The notes under the pieces: generated by a model | Databases searched by the model: none | The model's input: the letters and a program-made list of their open reading frames with translations, nothing else | What the model was told of the DNA's origin: nothing | In this document: positions 1 to 8,665 of the stretch, one piece after another | Layout of the letters: the number at the start of each line of letters is the position of its first letter | Position numbering within the stretch: the stretch's first letter is position 1 | Made by a program: the position numbers and the translations under genes | Origin: Longimicrobiales bacterium | GTDB taxonomy: Bacteria > Gemmatimonadota > Gemmatimonadetes > Longimicrobiales > Gaopeijiaceae | DNA: 64,000 nt | Assembly (NCBI GenBank): GCA_041690395.1 | Contig: JAWLHJ010000006.1 | Location: forward strand, 305,651-369,650 | Direction: 5' to 3'

Positions 1-2070
1 GTGGTCTTCGCGCTTCTGCAGCCGACGCTGGTCGTCTCGACCGTGGTTCCGCAGCAGAACTTCCTCGGGGTGCTGATCGACGACTCACGCAGCATGGCGC
101 TGGCCGACGCCGACGGCTCGCCGCGGAGCGACTTCGTGACGACGCAGCTGTCGGCCGGGGAGGGCACGCTCGTCGACGCCCTCTCGGAGCGCTTCGTCCT
201 CCGCTACTTCCGCTTCTCGGACGTCGCGAGGCGCGTGGGTTCGCCGGCGGAGCTCGGGTACGCGGGCCCACGGACCGACCTGGCGACCGCGCTCGACGCG
301 GCCCGCCAGGAGCTGTCGGGTGTCCCTCTCTCGGGCCTCGTGGTCGTGACGGACGGCGCCGACACCGGCGACCGTCCCATCACGGAGGCCCTGGTCCCTC
401 TGCAGGCCGGCCGGATCCCGGTCTTCACGGTCGGGCTGGGCGAAGAGGTGATCCGCCCGGACATCGAGGTGGGCCGGGTGGAGCTTCCGCGCGCGATTCT
501 GGCCGGCAGCACTGTGCTGGTCGATGTCATGGTGACCCAGCACGGCATGGGACGGTCGAGCGTCCCACTCATCGTCGAGGACGACCGGCGGATCCTGTCG
601 GAGGAGTCGATCGAGCTCGGTCCCGACGGGGAGCCCGTCGTCGCCAGGGTCTCCTTCCAGCTCGAGGAGCCGGGCCCCCACCGCGTCCGCTTCCGGATTC
701 CGCCTCAGGAGGGGGAGCGGGTCGACCGGAACAACGCACGTGAGGTGCTCGTCGAGGTCCGCGGGGAGCGGGAGAAGATCCTCTACTTCGAGGGCGAGCC
801 CCGCTTCGAGGTGAAGTTCACACGCCGCGCCGTCGAGGAGGACGAGAACCTCCAGCTCGTCGTGCTCCAGCGGACCGCCGACAGCAAGTTCCTGCGCCTC
901 GCCGTCAGCGACAGCACGGAGCTCCAGTACGGCTTCCCCACGAGCCGCGAGGAGCTCTACCGCTACCGGGCCCTCGTGCTCGGAAGCGTCGAAGCGTCGC
1001 ACTTCACGTTCGACCAGCTCGCGATGATCGCCGACTTCGTGTCCGAGCGGGGCGGCGGACTGTTGTTTCTCGGGGGCCGTGACGCTTTCGCCGAGGGCGG
1101 CTGGGCCGGAACGCCGGTGGAAGCGGTCATGCCCGTGGTGCTCGACCAGCCGACCGGCGGGGCCGACGGTTTCTTCTCCGAGGTCTCGGTCGGGCCGACG
1201 CCGGCGGGGCTGGCGCACCCCACCGTCCAGCTCGACGCGCCGATCGAGGACGTGGCCGACCGGTGGAGCGCGCTGCCACCGCTCACCATCGTGAACCGCC
1301 TCACCCGGACCAAGCCCGGTGCGACCACGCTCCTGACCGGAGCCTCGCCGGACCTGACGCCGGACCAGGTGGTGTTGGCGTTCCAGCGGTACGGGAGGGG
1401 GAAGGCCGCGGCGCTCACCGTGCAGGACTCCTGGCTCTGGCAGATGCACGCGGACGTGCCCGTGGAGGACCAGAGCCACGAGGCGTTCTGGCAACAGATG
1501 CTCCGCTGGCTCGTGGACGGCGTGCCCACGCCGGTGGCGGCCACCGTGGCGCGGGAGCGCGTCGATCCGTCGTCGTCCGTTCGGATTTCGGCCGCGATCG
1601 CGGACTCGACGTACATCGAGGTCAACGACGCCTCGGTCACCGCTCGCGTGACGACGCCCACCGGAGCCATCGAGGAGATCCCGCTCGGGTGGACGGTCGA
1701 GCGGGACGGCGACTACGCCGCGGAGCTGCGCCCGGTCGAGGAAGGCGACTACGAGGTGGAGATCATCGCGGAGCGCGACGGTGTCCCGATGGGCTCGTCA
1801 CGAACCTACTTCCGGGCGGGTCCGGGCGACGACGAGTTCTTCGGCGCCGGGCGCCGCACCGCGTTCCTCGAGCGGATCGCGACGGAGACCGGAGGACGGT
1901 CCTACACGCCCGCGACCGTCGCCTCGCTGCCCGAGGACATCGCGGTCACGGGCGCCGGGGTCACGCTCGTCGAGGAGCGCGACCTGTGGGACATGCCTGC
2001 GCTCTTCCTGCTGATCCTACTCCTCATGGGCGCCGAGTGGGGCTTCCGTCGCATACGGGGGCTCGTGTGA
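1..2070 (+). CDS. VWA domain + glutamine-amidotransferase-like (DUF1355-type) membrane protein, 5'-truncated by window
   Basis: MIDAS-like DDSRSM and VTDG motifs; Ig-like segment; GATase-like region (DFVSERGGGLLFLGG, YGRGK); C-terminal helix LWDMPALFLLILLLMGAEWGFRR. ORF is open at the window start. Confidence 0.75.
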   Translation: MVFALLQPTLVVSTVVPQQNFLGVLIDDSRSMALADADGSPRSDFVTTQLSAGEGTLVDALSERFVLRYFRFSDVARRVGSPAELGYAGPRTDLATALDAARQELSGVPLSGLVVVTDGADTGDRPITEALVPLQAGRIPVFTVGLGEEVIRPDIEVGRVELPRAILAGSTVLVDVMVTQHGMGRSSVPLIVEDDRRILSEESIELGPDGEPVVARVSFQLEEPGPHRVRFRIPPQEGERVDRNNAREVLVEVRGEREKILYFEGEPRFEVKFTRRAVEEDENLQLVVLQRTADSKFLRLAVSDSTELQYGFPTSREELYRYRALVLGSVEASHFTFDQLAMIADFVSERGGGLLFLGGRDAFAEGGWAGTPVEAVMPVVLDQPTGGADGFFSEVSVGPTPAGLAHPTVQLDAPIEDVADRWSALPPLTIVNRLTRTKPGATTLLTGASPDLTPDQVVLAFQRYGRGKAAALTVQDSWLWQMHADVPVEDQSHEAFWQQMLRWLVDGVPTPVAATVARERVDPSSSVRISAAIADSTYIEVNDASVTARVTTPTGAIEEIPLGWTVERDGDYAAELRPVEEGDYEVEIIAERDGVPMGSSRTYFRAGPGDDEFFGAGRRTAFLERIATETGGRSYTPATVASLPEDIAVTGAGVTLVEERDLWDMPALFLLILLLMGAEWGFRRIRGLV

Positions 2071-3116
2071 GACGGCTGCGGCGAACCATCCGGACCGCAT
2101 TGCTCCCCGGCGCGGCCGCGCTGGCCGTCCTGGCCGCCGCGCCCATCGCCCCGTCGGCGACCGCCTTCGAGCTCGAGGCGCAGGCGCGCACGCGAGCGCT
2201 GGTCGTGGTCGGGCTGGGCGGAACGACGGAATACCGGGAGCGCTTCAACGAACAGGCGCGCACGCTTCGGGAGGGTCTCGTCGAGCAGCACGGCCTCGAC
2301 CCGGGCGACGTCGTCTACCTCGGCGAGCGAGTGGAGATCGATCCGGAGGTCATCTCGGACCGCGCCACGCGCGAGAACGTGCTCGGGGTGCTCGAGCGGT
2401 TCGCCGCCGCGTCGGACCCCGAGGACCGCGTGCTGGTGGTGCTGATCGGCCACGGGACGTCCGGCGCCGGGGGAGAAGCGTTCAACCTGCCCGGCCCGGA
2501 CATCGGCCCCGACGATCTGGCCGAAGCTCTCGCCGCGTTCGGCTCGACGCCCGTCGCGTTCGTGCACACGGGAAGCGGTAGCGGCGCCTACCTGGAGCCG
2601 CTGGCGGGGCCCGACCGTATCGTGATCACGGCGACCCGAACCGGGCGCGAGTTGAACGCGACGCGCTTCGGAGAGCACTTCGTGGCGGCGCTGTCGGGCG
2701 AGGGCGCCGACATCGACCGGGACGGCCGGATCTCGCTGCTGGAGGCATACACGTACGCCCGTGACGAGGTCGCGCGGCACTACGAGAGCGAGAACCAGAT
2801 CCAGACCGAGCACGCGATGCTCGACGACGACGGAGACGGGAGCGGCACGCACGAGGCCGGCCCGGACACACCGGACGGACGGCTCGCGAGCACGTTCGCG
2901 TTCGGAGGCCGCGTGCAGACGGACGCTCCCGAGACCGACGATCCCGAACTGGCCCGACTCTATGGGGAGCGCGCGGAGATCCAGGGTCGCATCGAGGAGC
3001 TGAGGGCGCTGTCGGGATCGCTGGACGAGGACGTCTACCTCGCCCGGATGGAGGAGCTGCTGGTCGAGCTCGCGCTGAAGAACCGCGAGATCGCCGCAGC
3101 AGGAGGCGGGCGATGA
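2067..3116 (+). CDS. Exported caspase/peptidase C13-fold (clan CD-like) protein with EF-hand-like loop
   Basis: GTG start overlaps previous stop (GTGA); signal-peptide-like N-terminus; LVVVGLGG, VLIGHG, ITATR motifs; DIDRDGRISLLE loop. Confidence 0.65.
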   Translation: MRRLRRTIRTALLPGAAALAVLAAAPIAPSATAFELEAQARTRALVVVGLGGTTEYRERFNEQARTLREGLVEQHGLDPGDVVYLGERVEIDPEVISDRATRENVLGVLERFAAASDPEDRVLVVLIGHGTSGAGGEAFNLPGPDIGPDDLAEALAAFGSTPVAFVHTGSGSGAYLEPLAGPDRIVITATRTGRELNATRFGEHFVAALSGEGADIDRDGRISLLEAYTYARDEVARHYESENQIQTEHAMLDDDGDGSGTHEAGPDTPDGRLASTFAFGGRVQTDAPETDDPELARLYGERAEIQGRIEELRALSGSLDEDVYLARMEELLVELALKNREIAAAGGGR

Positions 3117-5785
3117 GCGGCGCACGTCGGCGGTCCCCGCCCGGGCGGAGGACCACACGGATCGGCGGCGGGCTGGCGCTCGTTGCGGCGGTCCTCGCCT
3201 GGTTGCCGGCGACCGCCGGAGCACAGGCGACGTCGGACGCCAGGGCCGCACTCGACACCGGCGACTACGAGGAGGCGATCGCGGGCTTCACGCGCGCGGT
3301 TCGCGCCGACCGGACGGCCACCGAGGCCCGGATCGGGCTCATGGAGGCGCTCCTCGCCACGGGCGAGTACGAGAGGGCCGTCGAGATCGGCGAGGATGCG
3401 CCGGCACCGTCCGCGGTCGGTTATCACCTCGGCGAGGCTCTGCTCGCGACGGGACGACGCGACGAGGCCGAGGCCGCCTTCGAGGGAACGGCCTCGACGG
3501 CAAATCGCTGGAGCCTCACCGCCGAGGCCGCGTTGGCGCGCTCGCACTTCGAGCGCGGCGCCATCGAAGAAGCCACGCGCCGCTTCGACCGCTTCATCGA
3601 CGTCTACAACGCGTCGGCCGGCCGGCTGGGAGCGCTCGACCTCGTCGCCGTGGGTCACGCCGTCGCCTTCTTGGGGCGCGAGCGCCCCTCGATGTTCCAG
3701 GACGCCCTGCGCGCCTACGACGAAGCCGCGGACCGCGACCCGGCCGTCCTCGACGCCAGGGTCTCGGCGGGGGACCTCTTCCTGGCGAAGTATTCGAGCC
3801 CGGAAGCCAAGACGGAGTACGAAGCGGTCCTGTCCCGGAACCCGAACCATCCGGGCGCGCTCTTCGGCATGGCGCGGGCGCTCGAGTTCGACGGCTCCGC
3901 CGAGTCGGGGGATTACCTCCGGCGGCTCTTCGAGGTCAACCCGAACCACGTCGAGGCCCGGGCGCTCAGGGCTCGTCAGCTGCTTTCACGCGGCGACTGG
4001 GACGAGGCCCGGGCGGAGATCGAGCGGGCGCTGGCGGTGAACCCGCGCGCCCTCCCCGCGCTGACGGCGCTCGCGGGCCATCACTTCGTGACGGGCGACG
4101 ACGCCGCCTTCCGCGACGCCCGTGCCGAGGTGCTCGCCCACAACCCTCGCTACGCGGTCATGGATGCGACGCTCGCGGAGCTCGCGGTGCAGACCCGGCG
4201 CTACGCGGAGGCCGTCGAGCGCGCGGAGGCCGCGGTCGCGCTGGATTCCGCCGCCTGGGAGGCCTGGGGGCTCCTCGGCCTCAACCGCTTGCGCATCCGG
4301 GAGATCCCGGCCGGGCGCGAGGCGCTGGAGCGCGCCTTCGCGGGCGATCCGTTCAACCCGTGGTTCAAGAACACGCTCGACCTGCTGGACACCTTCGAGC
4401 GGTTCGAGACCCGGGAGACCGAGCACTTCGAGCTCTTCGCGCGCGACGACGAGGCGGAGCTCCTCGCGACCTATCTGGCGCCCCTCGCGGAGGAAGCCTA
4501 CGCGGCTCTCGCCGCCCGCTACGGCTACGAGCCCACGACGCCCATCCGGGTGGAGCTCTACCCGAGCCACGCCGACTTCTCGGTCCGCACCCTGGGTGAG
4601 GCCGGCCTCGGTGCCCTCGGTGTCAGCTTCGGCCCGGTCGTGGTCATGGACGCGCCCTCGGCACGCACCCTGGGCGAGTACAACTGGGCGTCGGTCTTCT
4701 GGCACGAGTTGGCGCACTCGTTCCATCTGGGCATGACCGACCACCGGGTGCCGCGGTGGTTCTCGGAGGGGCTGGCGGTCCACGAGCAACGGAAGGCCCG
4801 TCCCGGGTGGGGACATCGTCCGACGCCCAGCTTCCTGACGGCGCTCCGTGACGGGCGCCTCAAGGCCGTGAGCGAGCTGAACGACGGCTTCATGCGTCCG
4901 GACTACCCGGAGCAGGTGGTACACTCCTACTACCAGGCTTCGCTCGTCTTCGAGCTCATCGAAGACCGGTGGGGCTTCGACGCCATCCGGGCGATGCTCG
5001 ACGGGCACCACCGCGGCGAGGAGCCGGAGGCGGTTCTCGAGGCAGTGCTCGGGATGTCCCCCGCTGACTTCGACGCACTCTTCGAGAGTCATCTGGACCA
5101 GCGCTTCGCGCGGGTGCTGCGGGGGCTCCCCGGCCCGGGAGCGCGCCCCGGCGCCGACGCGAGCCTGGCCGAGCACGAAGCGTTCGTGGCGTCGCGCCCG
5201 GACGATTTCGTCGCCCGCCTCGCTCTCGGGGCGCGCCTCGTCGAGGCCGGCCGCCTGGACGACGCCGAGCGGCATCTACTCGCGGCCGCGGAGATCTTCC
5301 CCGAATACGTGGGCCCCGACGCGCCGCATGTACAGCTCGCGGCCGTCCATCGCCTGCGGGGGAACCCGGAACGGGCGGCGGAGAGCCTTGCCCTCCACGA
5401 TGCCCTGGACGAAGCGAGCTATGCGACCCGCGTCGAGCGCGCGGAGCTGCTCCGGGACGTCGGACGCCCCGCCGAGGCCGCCGAGGCGCTCCAGGAGGCG
5501 GCGCTCGTCTGGCCGTACGAGATCGACCTCCACCGTGAGCTCGCCGACCTCCTCGCGGAGCTCGGTGACCACGAAGGAGAGGTGCTCGAGCGGCGGGCCG
5601 TCGTGGCCCTGCGGCCTACCGACCAGGCCGAAGCGTATTACCTACTGGCCAGGGCGGAGGCGAACGCCGGGGACGCCACGTCCGCGCGCCGCTCGGTTCT
5701 CCGCGCGCTCGAAGTGGCGCCGAACTACGACGAGGCGCTCGAGCTGCTGCTGGAGCTCCGCGGAGGCGGGGGCGGCGAGCCATGA
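3113..5785 (+). CDS. Exported TPR-repeat protein with gluzincin (peptidase MA-like) domain
   Basis: Signal peptide (…ATAGA-Q); many TPR-like helices; HELAH (HExxH) followed by WFSEGLA; ATGA overlaps at both ends. Confidence 0.8.
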   Translation: MSGARRRSPPGRRTTRIGGGLALVAAVLAWLPATAGAQATSDARAALDTGDYEEAIAGFTRAVRADRTATEARIGLMEALLATGEYERAVEIGEDAPAPSAVGYHLGEALLATGRRDEAEAAFEGTASTANRWSLTAEAALARSHFERGAIEEATRRFDRFIDVYNASAGRLGALDLVAVGHAVAFLGRERPSMFQDALRAYDEAADRDPAVLDARVSAGDLFLAKYSSPEAKTEYEAVLSRNPNHPGALFGMARALEFDGSAESGDYLRRLFEVNPNHVEARALRARQLLSRGDWDEARAEIERALAVNPRALPALTALAGHHFVTGDDAAFRDARAEVLAHNPRYAVMDATLAELAVQTRRYAEAVERAEAAVALDSAAWEAWGLLGLNRLRIREIPAGREALERAFAGDPFNPWFKNTLDLLDTFERFETRETEHFELFARDDEAELLATYLAPLAEEAYAALAARYGYEPTTPIRVELYPSHADFSVRTLGEAGLGALGVSFGPVVVMDAPSARTLGEYNWASVFWHELAHSFHLGMTDHRVPRWFSEGLAVHEQRKARPGWGHRPTPSFLTALRDGRLKAVSELNDGFMRPDYPEQVVHSYYQASLVFELIEDRWGFDAIRAMLDGHHRGEEPEAVLEAVLGMSPADFDALFESHLDQRFARVLRGLPGPGARPGADASLAEHEAFVASRPDDFVARLALGARLVEAGRLDDAERHLLAAAEIFPEYVGPDAPHVQLAAVHRLRGNPERAAESLALHDALDEASYATRVERAELLRDVGRPAEAAEALQEAALVWPYEIDLHRELADLLAELGDHEGEVLERRAVVALRPTDQAEAYYLLARAEANAGDATSARRSVLRALEVAPNYDEALELLLELRGGGGGEP

Positions 5786-6636
5786 GCGGACTCGGACGGT
5801 ACGGACTCGTGGCATGGGCGCTAGGTGGCGCGGCGGCGGTCGGCGCCGTTGCGGTCAGCGCGGGGGCGATCGGCGCGCTGACGCTCGGGCTCCCAAGCCC
5901 CGAGGCGGGGGTCGGGGCCGCGTCGTCGGCCCGCCACCAGGCACCCTCCGCCCCGCAGGAGATGACCATGCCCTACGACGGCCGCCACCAGTTCGTGCGC
6001 ATCCGATACGAGCCGCGGGGCCGCGGCGGGTTCGGGGGCTTCGGCCGCGGAGGTCGCGAGCCCATGTGGGCCCACGACTACCCGAGGGCCGACCGCAACT
6101 TCCTCAAGATCATCGAGGAGACCACGCACCTCCGGACCCGCCCGGACGGGATGAGCGTCCTCACCGCCGACGACCCACGCCTCTTCCTGCACCCCGTGGC
6201 GTACATCGTCGAGGTCGGGGCTTGGGACCCGTCGGACGCCGAAGCGGAGGCCATGGGGGCGTACCTGAGCAAGGGCGGCTTCATCATCGTCGACGACTTT
6301 CGCGGCCGGTTCGCCCTCGACAATCTGGCGTACCAGGTCGACCGGATGCTCCCCGGGAGCCGGCTGATGCCGCTCCCGCCGGACCACCGGATCTTCGACT
6401 CGTTCTTCCGCATCATCCCCGACCAGGTCATTCCGCCCTACGGGAACGAGCCGCCGGTGTGGCTCGCGGTCTACGAGAACAACGACCCGAGCCGCCGCAT
6501 CCAGATGGTCGTGAACTACAACAACGACATCGGCGACTACTGGGAGTTCAGCGATTACGGATACTACCCGATAGACCTCTCGAACGAAGCGTACAAGCTC
6601 GGCGTCAACTACGTGGTGTACGCCTACACGAACTGA
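5782..6636 (+). CDS. DUF4159 domain protein
   Basis: FVRIRY, WAHDYPRADRNF, YLSKGGFIIVDDF, NNDIGDYWE and GVNYVVYA motifs typical of DUF4159; hydrophobic N-terminus. Confidence 0.8.
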   Translation: MSGLGRYGLVAWALGGAAAVGAVAVSAGAIGALTLGLPSPEAGVGAASSARHQAPSAPQEMTMPYDGRHQFVRIRYEPRGRGGFGGFGRGGREPMWAHDYPRADRNFLKIIEETTHLRTRPDGMSVLTADDPRLFLHPVAYIVEVGAWDPSDAEAEAMGAYLSKGGFIIVDDFRGRFALDNLAYQVDRMLPGSRLMPLPPDHRIFDSFFRIIPDQVIPPYGNEPPVWLAVYENNDPSRRIQMVVNYNNDIGDYWEFSDYGYYPIDLSNEAYKLGVNYVVYAYTN

Positions 6637-6698
6637 CCCCGCGGACCGCACGGATCACCCACCGGCCCCACGGGGCCCCACACGAAACGGAGACAGCC

Positions 6699-7739
6699 TT
6701 GACCGACGACGCGATCGGAACGCTCACCATCGAGGACGCGGACGACGTCGCCCTGGCCGACCGCCTGAAGCGCGGCCGCGAAGAGGTCATCGGCGAGCTC
6801 AGGAAGCTCATCATCGGGCAGGAGGAGGTCATCGAGCAGGTGCTCCTGACCCTCTTCGTGGGCGGCAACAGCCTCCTCATGGGCGTTCCCGGGCTGGCCA
6901 AGACGCTGCTCATCCATACCGTGGCCCAGGTGCTCGACCTGAGATTCTCGCGCATCCAGTTCACGCCGGACCTCATGCCGTCCGACATCACGGGCACCGA
7001 CATCATCCAGGAAGACGCGCAGACGGGACGCCGCGAGATGGTCTTCGCGCCGGGCCCGGTCTTCGCGAACATCGTCCTCGCCGACGAGATCAACCGGACG
7101 CCGCCCAAGACGCAGGCCGCGCTGCTCGAGGCGATGCAGGAACACCGCGTGACCGTCCAGGGACGCACCTACACGCTCGAAGAGCCGTTCTACGTCTTCG
7201 CGACCCAGAACCCCATCGAGCTGGAAGGCACGTACCCCCTCCCCGAAGCGCAGCTCGACCGCTTCATGTTCGAGATCGTCATCGAGCATCTCTCCGAGGA
7301 GGAGGAGCTCGAGGTAGTGAGGACCACCACCGGGATCCTCGACCCGAAGTTCGGCCATGCGATCACCGGTCCGGACCTCGTCGCCTTCCAGAAGCTCGTG
7401 CGCCGGGTGCCGGTCTCCGACTCCGTTCTGCGATACGCGGTCGGGCTCACCCGGGCCAGCCGCCCGTCGCCGAACGGCGAGACCCCGGACTTCGTCAAGA
7501 AGTGGATCGCCTATGGAGCCTCCGTCCGGGCCGCGCAGTACCTGGTCCTCGGGGCCAAGGCCCGCGCGCTGACGCAGGGCCGCTACCACGTGACCTTCGA
7601 GGACATCCGCGCGCTCGCGCACCCCGTGCTGCGGCACCGGGTGCTCACCAACTTCCACGCCGAGTCGGAAGGCCGGACCTCCGGGGAGCTCATCGACATG
7701 CTCCTGGAAGCCGTGCCTGTCCCGTCCTCGGGCATGTAG
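6699..7739 (+). CDS. moxR: MoxR family AAA+ ATPase
   Basis: Walker A GVPGLAKT, RIQFTPDLMPSDITG, Walker B LADEINR, ATQNPIELEGTYPLPEAQLDRF. TTG start inferred from upstream GGAG. Confidence 0.95.
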   Translation: MTDDAIGTLTIEDADDVALADRLKRGREEVIGELRKLIIGQEEVIEQVLLTLFVGGNSLLMGVPGLAKTLLIHTVAQVLDLRFSRIQFTPDLMPSDITGTDIIQEDAQTGRREMVFAPGPVFANIVLADEINRTPPKTQAALLEAMQEHRVTVQGRTYTLEEPFYVFATQNPIELEGTYPLPEAQLDRFMFEIVIEHLSEEEELEVVRTTTGILDPKFGHAITGPDLVAFQKLVRRVPVSDSVLRYAVGLTRASRPSPNGETPDFVKKWIAYGASVRAAQYLVLGAKARALTQGRYHVTFEDIRALAHPVLRHRVLTNFHAESEGRTSGELIDMLLEAVPVPSSGM

Positions 7740-7747
7740 GAGGACCG

Positions 7748-8665
7748 GTGACGGCCAGAGCTCGGACCGCCGGAGGCGGCGCCAGGTTCCTCGACCCGGG
7801 CGTGCTCGCCCGTATCGGAAACCTGGAGCTCCTCGCGCGCACCGTGGTGGACGGGTTCCTGACGGGGCTACACCGCTCGCCCTACCTCGGCTTCAGCACC
7901 GACTTCGCCGAGCACCGCGCGTACATGCCGGGCGACGACGTGCGGCGGATCGACTGGCGGCTCTTCGCGCGTACCGACCGGCATTACATCAAGCTCTTCG
8001 AGGCGGAGACGAACGCGAACGTCTCCATCCTCCTCGACGTCTCGCGGTCCATGAGCTACGGCAGCCACGAGGTCACGAAGCTCGACTACGGCCGCTACCT
8101 GGCCGCGTGCCTGGGATATCTGTCCAACCGGCAGCGCGACCGGGTCGGGCTGGTCACCTTCGACCACGAGCTCGTCGAGTACCTCCCGCCATCCATGCGG
8201 ACCCCGGACACCATGCTCCACCTCCTGGACCGCGTGGATCCGGGCCGCCCCGGCGAGCTCGCCCCACCGCTGCTCCGGGCCACCGAGCTTCTCGGCCGGA
8301 AGGGGATCGTCATGCTCGTGTCCGACCTCTACGAGAATCCCGAGGACGTGCTCGCGGCGGTGGGTCCACTGCGCGCGCGCGGCCACGACGTCATCGTCTT
8401 CCACGTGCTCGACCCGATGGAGCTCGAGTTCTCGTTCGAGGGCGCCTCGGGCTTCGAGGATCTCGAGACGGGTGAGCAGATCCCGGTCGTGCCGGAGCGG
8501 GTGAAGGCCGGGTACCGCCGGCTCATGGACGAGCACCTCGAAACGCTCGCGAAGCGCTTCAGCGACAACCGGATCGACTACCTGCTGCTCGACAGCTCGA
8601 AGCCGCTCGACGACGCGCTCTTCCGGTACCTGTTGGCCCGTGAGCGCATGAGGACGGCGAGATGA
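7748..8665 (+). CDS. DUF58 (VWA-like) MoxR-associated protein
   Basis: GLHRSP, FAEHRAYMPGDDVRRIDW, DVSRSM; directly follows moxR; GTG start after AGGAGG. Confidence 0.9.
   Translation: MTARARTAGGGARFLDPGVLARIGNLELLARTVVDGFLTGLHRSPYLGFSTDFAEHRAYMPGDDVRRIDWRLFARTDRHYIKLFEAETNANVSILLDVSRSMSYGSHEVTKLDYGRYLAACLGYLSNRQRDRVGLVTFDHELVEYLPPSMRTPDTMLHLLDRVDPGRPGELAPPLLRATELLGRKGIVMLVSDLYENPEDVLAAVGPLRARGHDVIVFHVLDPMELEFSFEGASGFEDLETGEQIPVVPERVKAGYRRLMDEHLETLAKRFSDNRIDYLLLDSSKPLDDALFRYLLARERMRTAR

Noticed and set aside
5328..6698. N-terminal extension of MoxR (803-aa ORF)
   Set aside because: It overlaps the TPR and DUF4159 genes in another frame; MoxR similarity begins near the TTG at 6699.
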